Under the pieces are notes generated by a model. It did not search any database and was not told the origin of the DNA. It saw nothing but the letters and a program-made list of their open reading frames with translations. A program made the position numbers and the translations under genes. From Amphiscolops sp. MND2022 (lineage: Eukaryota): 64,000 bases of DNA. The stretch covers positions 34,970,001-35,034,000 of the forward strand of contig OZ076409.1 of assembly GCA_964187785.1 (NCBI GenBank), given 5' to 3'. Below are positions 37,099-50,449 of the stretch, piece after piece; positions within the stretch are counted from its first letter, which is position 1; the number at the start of each line of letters is the position of its first letter.

Positions 37099-39718
37099 CT
37101 TTTGAGGACGTTTTCGACTTTGTGGCCCAAAGTACGCTCAAAAAATTTTTGATAAACATTTCGATTGGAACAATTACCAATTCATTAACCCCGAAAGCGT
37201 TTCTGTTTGAGTCAGATTTGTTTTGATCAATTCCAGAGCCGTTTGCCGACAAATTTTTCCTGGTGTGATATGATCAATTCATGTATAACAACAAATGTTT
37301 GTATGTTGCGCATTTGCTCTGTTGTAAACGTTGTTCTCGTAAACTCATTCAAACCAAAACCGCGTGTGGGAGAGTAAAATACGGAAAAATTGAAATAAAA
37401 ATTACCTACTTTGTTATTTGGTCTTTCTCGAAGAAATTTATTTTGGCTGATTTTCAGATTCCAGTCAAACCATTTTGATGTCTTTGCCTACACAGGACCC
37501 AAATCTGGCGTAGAATGAGTGCAAACATTTTCTGTCAAATCGCGTGTACATTTTGAGAAAATCAAAAAAAATCCAAAAACTGTCGTTTTTGGTTTTCTTG
37601 GTCTAATTTTGCTGTTTGTCAGACCCCAGTCAAACAATTTTGATGCCATTCCTCTCGCAGTAGCACTTTGGGAGTAAAATGACTGTGCTAATTTTTTTTT
37701 ACAAAAATAGTATAGACAATTTTCAGGAAATTTGACATTTTTATTTTCTCGCTCGCGTGAAATATTTTCAGTTCCGACATAACATCAAATGTTCAGCCCA
37801 TGTGTTTTGTGGTACACATTATGGTATTGCAGAATGTTTGTGCATGTTTAGAGGTCTTTGGCTGAAATTATTTTTAAATACTCAATGCACTTTTAATAAA
37901 GTAAGTCCAGTTTAGAAATGAAAAAAGACAACGTAAACAAAACTTGACATTTGGCACACACTTTGATTAAAGAGTCGCTTTGACCTTTGAGCTTTAGGAC
38001 TTTGGAAATGGCTTCGACTTGTGAGCCAGAAACGTGCATAGTGGGTCTATCTTGGAAAATTTGGCTTGGAAGCCCAAAACGTGCACAAGAATTCTATCTT
38101 CGAAAATTTTCGATTGGGAGCCAAAAACGTTCATTAGCCCCCTCCCTTTACTACTGCCATTTTTGGCGTTATTAACGTTTGCTGGCTCAGATCTCAAAAA
38201 CTACTAAATATTATTTTTTCCAAATAACACAAGTTAGACAATTCATTTATTTTGAATTAGGCCATATCCGGAACTTTTCTCACTATTGTAGCGATCACAC
38301 AAAATTTGGAAAAGGAAAGTCAATTTTGGAAATTCGTCGAAATTCTAAAAGTACTTTTTACCAAAACCTCCCACGGCCAAGTTCTCGTTGTCGCAGGTGG
38401 CTCATATTTTCAACTTAGACTTTCCTCTGGATGGTCTGTCGAATCCTGAAAACCGTTTGTTGATATCTTTCTTCATCTTTGAGAAATCGTGTTTTAATTT
38501 TTAATTTGCATTAAGAAGTGGGATAATTCCAAAATGTGCCTCAACCGTTTTCTTATTAGCTTTGCGTACGGCCACTCACAGCGCGTTCTAATCTTCATTC
38601 CTTTCGTTTTCTAACAAGCTGTGGTGAGTTGCACTCTATTCTTATACCGCTCACTGTGAAGTTTTCACTCTCAAACACATGTACTAACATAGCAATTTGA
38701 ATGAAATTCTGTTCGTAGTTAAAAGTAAATTCTAGTTCAAATTCTGTGGAAATTCGTTTCTCCAAAGTTCTGGAAAGTTTACTCAACACGTAGTTCGGTC
38801 AAATAGGAACATTTATTCTTACTTATTTTTCTTTTATTCGCAATAGTTGCTGAGAAATTCGATATCAAAGTTTTCTTCCGATTAAAGTTTCATACATAGG
38901 TTTAGGTGGTGGCGGCGGTATAGCATTATTACGTTGCGCGGTCGCTTCATAGCAACTAGGAATGGTTATGTTGATTGTCAACAGAACCAAAGGTAAAATT
39001 ATTGACATTAAACAATAAGGCTAGGTACTTGAAGTACTTACTGTTAGCTTTACTTTCATAGATATCACATCCAAATAATCTACCTCGCTGAAACCTCGAA
39101 ATTTAAATACACATGATAACTTGATCAAAAGTCAAAAACCCTACCAGCAGCTATGATTTATAAAAGCAAATAAGCTGTTATCACTTTTACTGCTAATTCA
39201 ATGCAAAATAACTTTGGTCGCGTAATAAACTGCAAACTAGCGTATTACTTACCGTGCTATTGGAGAAGCGATGATCACATCAGATGAGTAGTTGAGAAAG
39301 CAAAGTGTTAATACGATGTGATTGTGTCGGTAATGAAAATAAATTTTTTCAAACTCAATTGCAGTTGTGGAAAATGCAGTGATACTGTACTTGATTTACT
39401 ACCCGGAGTTCACTGAATTTTATAAAAGAAGTACCCAGTATGCAACTAGAATTCACATATTGTTCTCAATGTTAATGATCTTCGAAAGATTCACAGCGGA
39501 GTTGCAAGACCGTGATAAGTTCACACTTGATTTTTTGCACTTGAATGTTACGCAATAAAAATACAGAAAATACAGTGGTTGGGGCAATTACATTTGACAA
39601 TTCAATCCTATTTTGCTGTAAAACTATTCGTCGTTAATCCTGTTCGGCTGTAATTCATACCACTAAGCCATTTATTTACCTACAGGAAACTGTGGATGTG
39701 GAAATGCGATGAGTCGTG

Positions 39719-39943
39719 ATGGTGACATCCAAATTTCTCCTACGCACTCGGAAAGAACTCACTTTCTCAGTGTTCGTCGTTACGGCCTTCATCTTTCTCT
39801 TCTTCCCAAAACAAGAGCCCCGGTTCATGTTGAGCATGCAGCCAAACATCAGACGACCTCTCACAAGTCCCAAAAGTTTCGCCCTGACTGTGAAACCCTT
39901 CACTAGTGGGCTCAGAAAGAAACATATAAGGTGTACTAACTGT
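39719..39943 (+). CDS. B3GALT-like coding exon 1 (cytoplasmic tail, TM, stem)
   Basis: MVTSKFLLRTRKELTFSVFVVTAFIFLFF...CTNC|GTAAGT; upstream acceptor CCTACAG at ~39684. Confidence 0.7.
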
Positions 39944-42900
39944 GTAAGTAAACTGGTTCAAATTTATACTTTCCATCTTTTGTGTTAAGGTTTTACCCAT
40001 TCGCTGAAATTCGGGGTGCTTGAAGGGGGTTGCCTTGGGGTTCCTGGGGTTGGGGGATTGCTGGTTAACATATAAATTTTTGTTGAGGAAACATCCATGG
40101 CATTGTAAAAGTGGATGATACATCAAAATTCGAGCACCCAAAAGCATCGAGGCTAAAACCAGCTTCAACTTGAAAGTGCCTGTACTTGAAAATGTGTAAT
40201 AATTAGCTGATTAGATGTAGATGGTATTAATAAACACTCAGTGATGCAATGACGACGATTTCCCCAAACTTCCATCAAAGTAACTCAAATGAGAGCTCTG
40301 AAAACAACTTAAAATGTTTTTGAAATAATTTAAAGGATTATTGAGGATAACCTTAAGAAAAATTGTACAATTTTGCAGAACTTTCGACTGATCGCTAATG
40401 TAAATGTTAAATTAACAACACTTTTTGAGACTTCAGCTCTACGATTACGCCAATTTGTGGGAATCGCCGGAGAGGGAAGTGCAGTGGCCGATTTCCAGCA
40501 CAAATGCTTGTGAGGACACGTCATCAAAACGGAAGGTGCTATTTCTGATCCCCACTCTTGCCAACCACACATTGCAGAGATCAGTGCAGAGACAGTCGTG
40601 GGCTTCCACTGACAACATCGCCAGCTTCAATACAACTCACTTCTCAATTGTCTACATCATGGGCGCCAATGACAAATATGACGTTATTTCACTTCTATTA
40701 ATCTACTTAATACTCAGATATATAATAATGCATATGAATATGAATATAAATGAAAACAACTATTGAATTTAGTTTTAGCCAGTTTCTCCTGGAAAGGCAT
40801 AATGCTTTTCTAGAAAAAGTATTTTTCTAATTTCATGTTTCGAAGTAATTTTTCAAACTTTCGAAAAACAAAAGAACTAAACCAGCGTCATTTTAATGAA
40901 AATCCTTAGCAGAATCTGAAATAAAAAAAAACAACCTTTTACAAGGTTTGCAATATTTCCTATCCGTTTTGTACATTTTTTTAACGAGGCTCACAAACTA
41001 ATAAAATCTTACTTTTGATAACTCGATGATATGGATACAGTAGACTTTAAATCAAATTTTGGGAGGACAGAACTTTTTGGGAAAAGTTCATCTGGTTTCA
41101 CACTCAGAATTTTTTTCAGAAAAACACAGTGTCATCCGAAGCAGATCAATATCGTGACATCATCCAAGCTAATTTCATGGATACTTATAAGAACTTGACC
41201 TTGAAAGTTCAACTGGGTCTCCATTGGGCCACGAAGCATTGCCAGTCATTTGATTACATCGTAAAAACCGATGACGATGTCTACATAAACCTGGACGCTC
41301 TAGTCACGTATCTGGCGCAACAGAAACCAAAGCAACCTATGTACGGGGGTAAATGTTTAATGAACGCAGGCCCAAATAGAAACAAGAAGAGCAAGTGGTA
41401 CATGAGTCACGTCGACTTCCCTCAGACCAAGTATGACCCCTTCTGTGTAGGACCTATGTACTTCATGAGCATGAATGTGGCCCAGCGAGTCGTGACGTAA
41501 GCAAACGCAGGGTTCCTTCCAAGATTTAAGTTTTGATATAGTTTCAGTTATATAATTTCAACAGGACAAAACACTGGCTGAAAATCAAGGAAAGTATCTC
41601 CGTGATAGTTTTTCGTCACTTTTGGCTAGTGGAAAAAGAGCAGAAGTATCGCCGGAAAATTCAAAATGCATATTTAAAACAACGAGCGTTGGAAAAACAC
41701 TACGATACATATGCCGCAACGAACTAGCAAGATCTTGCTAGTTCGATTAACAGCCAATAAAAACGCGTTATTATTTCAAATACGCGTTACGTGTTTTGCT
41801 CGGTACACTGTGTGATTTGGCGTTACGCGTAGTGATCAAAATGCAGTAAATGACTACTTTACAAACTCTACAATTACGTACTTTAACTGGTTTTTGAAAT
41901 TTGAGGAATGATTCAACAGAAAATGTTTTCCAATTATCAAAAATTTTGTATATCCAGTAGTTGCCCTAGTTCAAAAAAATGCTAATCCTGCAAGATTCTT
42001 ACATCTTTATCTTTGAAAGAAAATGTATTTTTCTTGAAGAAATCTTGCAAGATTCTTTCAAAATAAACATTTTTTCAAGGATAATCTTGCAAGATTTACT
42101 TTTTCTCAAAGAATCCTTAAAGAATTGAAATTTCAAATCAGAAGTATTCATGGAATTATTGGATCCGATTTATAAAGACACTGTTGAATATCATAGGTAG
42201 GATAAGAAAGTCAGGGAATGTAAAACTGTATTGTAGTCGATTGCTACTGAATTGTGTCTACGTATGTAATACTACAATAGATGCCAGTATTGTGGCAGCT
42301 ACAATACATAACATAAAAGCGGTCACATATGGTTATTTAATACTGCGTGACTTCTACATTCTAATAAAAGTAGGTTAGATACGTGTACAAATTGTTATAA
42401 CAATGGATTAACAAAGAAGTAAACGAATAAATTATTACAGTTTACATGAATTTTCTAGTCCGTAGCTTCTGCGTTGGCATGTTGATTGGCTGGGTTTCTT
42501 TCATGTATCAGGTAAACACAAATTTGCGGCTATTTCAATTGCTCCTGAACAGCGGTTACTCCTGTGGTGTCGAGATCATCGGGGCTGGCTTACACTCCTC
42601 TTTCTCTTCGGTCAGTTGCTGCTCAATTCTTCGGAGATTGGTTTGTTGGCTCGTTGATCTTCTCAGCGGTGCTCCCTGTAAATGTTAATGTGTTAACAGG
42701 TTTCCAAATCTCACTATTGGATTATTGGATCTTATTTTTGAGGATCTTCTAATTTGGTTTTTATTGTTGTTTGTTTGGTTTGTGTTTGATATTTCAACTA
42801 TTTCTGTTTTTATTTGGTTTTCGTTACTGTTATTATCGACGATTGTGATTGTTGTTAAGTCCTCGCTGATCGTTTCTATGGCCTGTTCTAGCTGTTGTTC

Positions 42901-44371
42901 CGTCATCTTGTCGACAGGTAGTTTCAGATTGTTTGCCGATGGGGATTTTGGTGGACAGTTTCCGATCGGTTTTGGTTTGCCCGTCCTATTGCTGTCGGTG
43001 GAGTGAAGTCAAAGTTTGCATTCATTTGTTAAGTGGATGTCTCTCGTGCCGGTAAGCTTTCTGTCTTCTGTCTCTGACTGGGATTCTTCTTCTTCGTCTT
43101 CCTCTGTGTCCAATGAGGGTAGAGACACGTAGGGTATTTTTGTTGTATCCTGTAGTTTTGGCATTTTCAAAAAGTGCTTTTTGAGTGCCTTCGAAACAGT
43201 TTTCTCACCGAATTGCCTAGATCTTTTGAGAAAAAGATGGCACAGTTAGAACGTTTTCTTAATTGCGCGCTAAAAAGTTCTGGGAAACTGAGTCAGGAAA
43301 AAACTGGTAGAAAATAATTCGCAAAAAAATGGAAAACCGGGCTAATAGATTTGGGAAATTGGTTTGCTCCTGTATCACCAATTCAAGTCCAAAAAAATTT
43401 CATTGCGAGTTCTAGGAGCCGATAAGCTGGCTCACATTTTAAAAAATTTGCTTAAAAGCTATTTATAAATTGAACAAATACTCAACAAATTTTCATGGCA
43501 TCAACAATGAAAAATATTATGAATGTCAGCTTTTTTGCAAAATTAATGTAATTTTCAGAAAAATGATTTGAAAAACCGACCCACAATCATCTTAGAGTCT
43601 TTCAAGGCTGTCATATATATCTGCCTCAGCTGAAAACATTTGCTCAAATATGTGAAACTCTGACATAATATTTTGTAAAAAAACTTGTGTCAAAAGGTCG
43701 ATGGGACAAGGGCTTCCGTCATTGAAACCGGTATTGAATATATTGTCAACTGTAATCTCGTCGCTAAAGAAAAAAAACAGAACGAAAGAATATTACAATT
43801 GGCTCAAAACAATAGGCGCAAATTGATTGAGATCATTATTTTTACACAGACTAAAATTTGAAGTGAAAGTTGGAGATTGCAAATCATTATAATATGCATA
43901 ACGTTTGTGAAATTGCATTTGGTTGCTACCCTGTGAACTCATTGCAACAGGCTTTTCCAGAAGGTACCACCGTTGCATTTGGAAGATGTTTATATTGGTA
44001 GCTGCATGAAGAAAATTTCCATGACTCCCAACAAAATTATATCTGCTCAGGTGACGAACTTTATCAACTGGAAACGACCGACGAGTGTAAGAAACCCTCG
44101 AACCCAAATATACATACATTTCAGCTCAAACTTTCCAAAAATGACAACTTATCACAAAAACATAACTCAAATGATCAAAACCAATCAACGACCCAGGTCA
44201 ATACCTCTGGTGAAAGTGAATAGACGGATATCACCAATCAAACATGCTACCAACAGAAAAAGCCCGAAACAAGTCCAGAAAAATTCTAAAATGGAGCGCA
44301 TCAATGGAAAAAGAAAATCTGTTCATTGCCAACGTACAGTTTCAGGAGGGCGCATCTGTAAAACGGTGTAG
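39719..44371 (+). CDS. Beta-1,3-galactosyltransferase-like (GT31 / Galactosyl_T) gene; coding exons 39719-39943, 40437-40682, 41120-41496, 43951-44371
   Basis: Type II TM N-terminus (FSVFVVTAFIFLFF), R...RQSW, DIIQANFMDTYKNLTLK, YIVKTDDDVYIN, SKWYMS...YDPFCVGPMY, LEDVYIG. All introns are GT-AG with compatible phases. Confidence 0.9.
40437..40682 (+). CDS. B3GALT-like coding exon 2
   Basis: CTTCAG|LYDY...KVLFLIPTLANHTLQRSVQRQSWAS...IVYIMG..KYD|GT. Confidence 0.8.
41120..41496 (+). CDS. B3GALT-like coding exon 3 (DxD catalytic core)
   Basis: TTTCAG|KNTVSSEADQYRDIIQ...KTDDDVY...VVT|GTAAGC. Confidence 0.92.
42219..43150 (-). mobile_element. Gypsy 3'-end fragment in B3GALT intron 3 with putative LTR 42219-42446
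   Basis: Minus strand IRRSSKIRSNNPIVRFGN resembles the pol C-terminal 'IRRS.R' tail seen at ~55540. TGTAAAACTGTA...TACAGTTTACA inverted termini. Confidence 0.5.
43951..44371 (+). CDS. B3GALT-like terminal coding exon (copy 1)
   Basis: Phase-2 acceptor CAACAG|G, then LFQKVPPLHLEDVYIGSC...CKTV*. Confidence 0.85.
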
Positions 44372-45437
44372 TTTTTCCATCTCCTTTGGGATGACCGTCG
44401 ATTATCTGACAATGTTTTCCCTTGAGATTTACAAACTTTTCCGACTATCATGGTGAATTGAGAGGCTGAAAATTGTTGCTAGAAAAAGAATTGGTCGAAT
44501 GAGTTGCTTGAAAATATGGAGAAACTGAAATCAAAATTTTATTCGACCAGATAATCGAAAGTTAATCATCCCCTCTATCAACTGTATGATCTGTAGCTGT
44601 GCCGTATATATTAGGTAGAAGGCATAGTAAAGATGCATCTTTTTCAACCAACTTGCCATTAGACAATTTTTATATTCTGCAAATTCAAGAACTTTCAACC
44701 TTATTGATGTCTTTTCTTGTAATTACGTCTGATTGCTAAAGATAACTTACGCTTCAGTAAGTTAATGCAACCGAATGAAATTGATAAGCTTGAGTGTAAT
44801 CAACCGCAGAATTTGTTTTACATCCGATTTTTGGCTTGAATTGAAGTCGAAAAACTTCAATATCTTCCACATTTATACGAAACTTTTGTGTACTTTCTCA
44901 ATTGTTTTGTAGTCAGAATGTTGGAAAACCATCAACAGCGATTGTACTCAAAATTTTTGGTGATTGCTGACGAATTCAGTGACTTTTTTTTGAGGTTTGG
45001 AACACTTTGTTGAGATAAAAGCGTCGAAAATTAATGTAATTTTCAGAAAACTGATTTAAAAAACCGACCCACAATCATCTTAGAGTCTTTCAAGGCTGTC
45101 ATATATATCTGCCTCAGCTGAAAACATTTGCTCAAATATGTGAAACTCTGACATAATATTTGTAAAAAAACTTGTGTCAAAAGGTCGATGGGACAAGGGC
45201 TTCCGTCATTGAAACCGGTATTGAATATATTGTCAACTGTAATCTCGTCGCTAAAGAAAAAAAACAGAACGAAAGAATATTACAATTGGCTCAAAACAAT
45301 AGACGCAAATTGATTGAGATCATTATTTTTACACAGATTAAAATTTGAAGTGAAAGTTGGAGATTGCAAATCATTATAATATGCATAACGTTTGTGAAAT
45401 TGCATTTGGTTGCTACCCTGTGAACTCATTGCAACAG

Positions 45438-45858
45438 GCTATTCCAGAAGGTACCACCGTTGCATTTGGAAGATGTTTATATTGGTAGCTGCATGAAGAA
45501 AATTTCCATGACTCCCAACAAAATTATATCTGCTCAGGTGACGAACTTTATCAACTGGAAACGACCGACGAGTGTAAGAAACCCTCGAACCCAAATATAC
45601 ATACATTTCAGCTCAAACTTTCAAAAAATGACAACTTATCACAAAAACATAACTCAAATGATCAAAACCAATCAACGACCCAGGTCAATACCTCTGGTGA
45701 AAGTGAATAGACGGATATCACCAATCAAACATGCTACCAACAGAAAAAGCCCGAAACAAGTCCAGAAAAATTCTAAAATGGAGCGCATCAATGGAAAAAG
45801 AAAATCTGTTCATTGCCAACGTACAGTTTCAGGAGGGCGCATCTGTAAAACGGTGTAG
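45438..45858 (+). CDS. Duplicated B3GALT-like terminal exon (copy 2), intact
   Basis: Same acceptor and frame as copy 1. The protein differs by P->Q (NFPK/NFQK). It is part of the duplication 43539-44842 / 45027-46335. Confidence 0.6.
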
Positions 45859-48800
45859 TTTTTCCATCTCTTTTGGGATGACCGTCGATTATCTGACAAT
45901 GTTTTTCCTTGAGATTTACAAACTTTTCCGACTATCATGGTGAATTGAGAGGCTAAAAATTGTTGCTAGAAAAAGATTCGTCGAATGAGTTGCTTGAAAA
46001 TATGGAGAAACTGAAATCATTCGACCGGAAATTTTATTCGACCGGATAATCGAAAGTTATTCATCCCCTCTATCAACTCTATTATCTGTAGCTGTGCCGT
46101 GTATATTAGGTAGAAGGCATAGTAAAGATGCATCTTTTTCAACCAACTTGCCATTAGACAAATTTTATTCTGCAAATTCAAAAACTTTCAACCTTATTGA
46201 TGTCTTTTCTTGTAATTACGTCTGATTGCTAAAGATAACTTACGCTTCAGTAAGTTAATGCAACCGAATGAAATTGATAAGCTTGAGTGTAATCAACCGC
46301 AGAATTTGTTTTTACATCCGATTTATGGCTTGAATTTTTGTGGTCTGCGGAAACACAATCACAAACAAACATTAAAAAATCACGGATTACGTTTACATGA
46401 CATCACTGTTATCAGCCACTGCGAGAGACTTTGAAAAATGCTATCTAGATGGAGCAAGAAATTTTTTCAAAGATTGAATTCATCTTTCAAAAAATTCAAG
46501 CATCCGACTTTGTTTATAATTCACTTCAGTTACATCACTCCGACATTTACTTTAGCTTCGCCCTTTGTTGTTTAGTTTACAGATTGGGAGCCTTTTTGAA
46601 GAAAGGCTATATATTTTCAGATTTTAAAAAAGATCTTTCACATGCTTTATTTCATGCTTTTTGTTTTTTGTCGAATTTTCGATATACTCCTTGGATTAGA
46701 ATGTTAAAGCGCTCTTCAACAATGGAAGATTTCGTTGTTTCAAAAGACACTTGTCAAGAGATAAGAACAATTTGTACTAAAAGAATGCATCAAACTGACC
46801 CAGAAAATGTCGAAAAATCTAATACTTTAAATTTTCTCTCGTTTTTAATGCCATTTCTGTACAATTTCCGCAAGATTTTATGGACTAGAAGTTCCCAGAC
46901 GTTCAAAATGGAAAAAACAAGCTAAGCAGTACCCTTTTTGGCCAAAACGTTGCCGCGTTTTGCTTCAAAAACACTTCGGAATGACTCGGAATGAGTCGAA
47001 AAACTTCAATATCTCCACATTTTTACGGAACTTATGTGTACTTTCTCAATTGTTTTGTAGTCAGAATGTTGGAAAACCTTCAATAGCGACTGAACTCAAA
47101 ATTTTTGGTGATTGCTGACGAATTCAGTGATTTTTTGTCTGAGATTTTCAAAAATTTGTTGAGATAAAAGCGTCAAAAATTTCCAGATGGTGTGATTAGG
47201 TCCACAGCTCAGTTTTCTGAACATTACAATTTTCATGGAAGAAAGTTTCCTCAAAATGACCCGAAACATGCAAAAAACTCTGACAATTCAAGTTTTCATT
47301 TTTTAATGGAATTTTTGGTATAAACACCTTCCTCGCACAGAATGGTTCAAAAAACTTAGCAACAACTAATTCTGGTATCCAGTTAGTTTTTGAAAGTATA
47401 GCATCAAAGTGATAAAGAAAAAGACAAACGTTCGGATGATTTTCGATTTTCATGGTTGTTATGCAATTTTCGATCAAAGTTTCATTAAAATTTGTTGATT
47501 GGAATGATGGAAACGTTCAACAAGGAAAAATTCGTTGCCTTTAGCCTTTGAGAAGAGATAATTACAGTTTTTGTTTTAAACTGTGTCTCAAATAGGCATC
47601 GAAAATGACACAATTCCAATCTTTTCTGGTTTTCATAGTTTTCAATGCAATTTGGATCAAGGAGTTGAAACGGTCAACGAGGAAACAAATAGTTGTCCAT
47701 TGGGCTTAGTGAAGAGATATATGCTGTTTTTTTAACTGAAAGTGTCTGGAATTAACACCGAAAAAGGCAAAAGTTACAAAATTTTCCAATTTTTGCGATT
47801 TTCGTTCAACTATCGTCAGACTGCGTGGAGTATAATAATAAAACTGTTGAAAAAGGGACAAATTTATAACCAGCAGGAATTAGTCTGGAGACAAATACAG
47901 TTTATTAGAGAATGATAACTCAACTTGACCCGGAAAAAGAGGAAAAAATTAAAACATTCAAGTTTTTGTCATTTTTCATACAAACTCTGTACCATTTTCG
48001 AGAGTTAAATGGGCTAAAATTTCCAAAATGTTCAAATCTGAAAGAAATAGCAGTGCATTTCGGAAAAAGCATTTTTAGCATAGCATTTTGGAAAAATGAA
48101 CGTTTCGAAAAGAACAAACAGTTTAACTAGGTTCTCAAAGAGAATATTGTACTTTTTGAAAGAAACTTAGGTCAGAAAGACTCAACTTATAAGAAAAACT
48201 TGAAACTTTTAGTACGCTCTTTGGAAGCCATATAGGCAGTCTTCTGTTGTGAAATGCCTGAAAATGGATAGCAAATAGTCGGATGTGTATTTTTGTTGCC
48301 AATTTTTGACATCTTCACTGATTTTTCATTTGAGATTAGAATTTTTTGGAAAAATGAACGTTTCGAAAAAAAAAGCTATTTTGACTATTTTATGCAGTTT
48401 TTTGTGTGGTTTTGAGTAGTTTCTTTGCATACTTAGGTTGAAAAACCTAGCAGCGAGTAATGCCGGTATTCAGTAAGTGTTAGGTGTCGAAGATAATTTC
48501 GCAGTTTTTTGTTAAAATTGGCAACAAAATCACCACAAACTCCAGGAGCAGGCTTTCTGACAAAATAAAGTTTTGTTCAATCCGCGAAAACCTTTGTAGA
48601 ACAGACTTTCAATTGACATGAACGTTGAAACAATAGGATATTTGAAACAAAAAGTTGTCGAAAATTCCAAATTTTCTCAATTTTTTACAACATGGTCTCA
48701 ATTTTGGACACTGTGCAATCGTTTCCAATTATTGGAAAATTCAAATGCTCAAGATTGAAACGTGAAGCTACCGGTAGTGTTTCAAAGATATATCGGACAA

Positions 48801-49810
48801 CTTTATTTGCAAAAATTCCAAAAACTTATCTGGCAAACGTTAAATTCTTTTTCTACGCCTTATTTGTCAAAAACTTAAGATTCAATGAGCTCCAAGTAAA
48901 AGCACTCGTGATGCAGTACGCCTTCCGAAAGAAAAAGGTTTTACAGTTACCCACAAAGGAAGAAAATATCAGAATGACCCAGGAATCAATAAATGGTTTT
49001 GGTTTTTATTCCTTTTTTCCGTAAAGCTTTCGAGATTTTCCGTGGGTTTGACTGGTTTAAACATTCAATAACGACTAAACACGGTATCCAGTTGGCTTTC
49101 AAGAAGAACCGATTTGACCTCAAAATGTCGAAACTATCAAAATTTTCCAGTTTTTGACCGTTTCTGTGACGTTTTTGTGCAAAAATGTAAAAACTCGCAA
49201 TCGACACAACTCCGCGCCGCGCTCACGTTTCTTAAATATGCTATGGACATTATTTTCAAACTTTCACTACTTTTTCAGTGCCAAAATGTGCAAGAAAGAC
49301 CTCTGAGAATCGGAAACCATTTTCTCCCCAACTGGAAAAAAAATGAAACCAAATATTGCGATAACCAAGAAATCCGCGTTAACCATTATGCCAAGTGGCA
49401 GTGTGGAGGTACCTGAAAAGTTGAAATTTTGGAAGAACTATTTGGATAGATCATGTGTATCGAAAAACACTGACGGAAAACCATGGCTATAGTCGCTCTT
49501 TTATAAAGAAATGCGCCGACTAAAATTTGATTTGTTAGATATTGGTATCCACGTACTTCAACAACAAACCCATTAGGTACTCGCCTTCTTTATAAATTAG
49601 GTGCTTCCTTTAAAAATGGACGAAGTTGAAGCGAAACTTACTTTCCTTTGAACTTTTTGCATTTTCACAGCGCATTGGCTACTCTTGAGCCTCAAGAGTA
49701 TGACGTTATAGAACAGTTTGGGGCGGGAAATATCTCTCTGGTCAGCGGGAGTCTTGTTTTCAACTGAAACTACTAGATGCTGCTATGAAATGAAAAGTAC
49801 TCTCAACTTT

Positions 49811-49890
49811 GCCCAATATTTAGCGTGTGCTTGTATGTGGTGACTGGCGCCCGGAAGCAGGTGTACGTAGGTTCGAATCCCGCGTTGAGC
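49811..49890 (+). pseudogene. Degenerate tRNA-like sequence (tRNA pseudogene or SINE head)
   Basis: B-box GGTTCGAATCC in an imperfect T-arm, partial acceptor stem GCCCAA/TTGAGC, followed by a T-run. No clean D or anticodon arm. Confidence 0.4.
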
Positions 49891-49990
49891 TTGTTTTTCA
49901 AAGGTAGACGATTTCATAAAGAACTAATTTTCGTCTCTTTTTAAATTAAAGAAAAATAAATTGATGTAACGTATCAATGACAAATGTGGT

Positions 49991-50157
49991 TGTCATATTC
50001 GGTTCATTCCGGTTTGACCTCTACCGAGTTTCGGTTCAAAGAACTTCTCACTCTATTATGTGTCTAGCCTACCATGTTAATTTACAAACAAAACTTTTGC
50101 TATATACATACTTAGATTTAAAACTTATATACATTTTGGTACTCGAGACATAATTTG

Positions 50158-50221
<64 letters not shown>

Positions 50222-50449
50222 NNNNNNNNNNNNNNNNNNNNNNNNNNNNNNNNNNNNNNNNNNNNNNNNNNNNNNNNNNNNNNNNNNNNNNNNNNNNNNN
50301 NNNNNNNNNNNNNNNNNNNNNNNNNNNNNNNNNNNNNNNNNNNNNNNNNNNNNNNNNNNNNNNNNNNNNNNNNNNNNNNNNNNNNNNNNNNNNNNNNNNN
50401 NNNNNNNNNNNNNNNNNNNNNTAGAAACTTAGTTGTTGAGAATAGAACA
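49991..50449 (+). repeat. 5' LTR (contains a (TA)n expansion and the assembly gap)
   Basis: TGTCATATTCGG...GAATAGAACA matches the 3' LTR. Confidence 0.92.
50222..50421. other. Assembly gap (200 N) following a (TA)n microsatellite at 50161-50221
   Basis: Run of N. Confidence 1.

Larger units (their letters stand above)
28893..38148. mobile_element. Composite foldback-like element complex with ~1 kb inverted arms and internal subrepeats
   Basis: 28893-~29857 is the diverged reverse complement of ~31690-32637, ~34810-35757 and ~37187-38148. Termini are AAGGAAGGGG / CCCCT(T/C)CCTT. Subunits starting GGTTTGTGCATGTTCACAGCTC recur at ~30669, 31409, 32325, 34530, 35445, 37835. Confidence 0.7.

Noticed and set aside
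49811..49890. Functional tRNA gene
   Set aside because: Mismatched stems and no recognisable D or anticodon arm.
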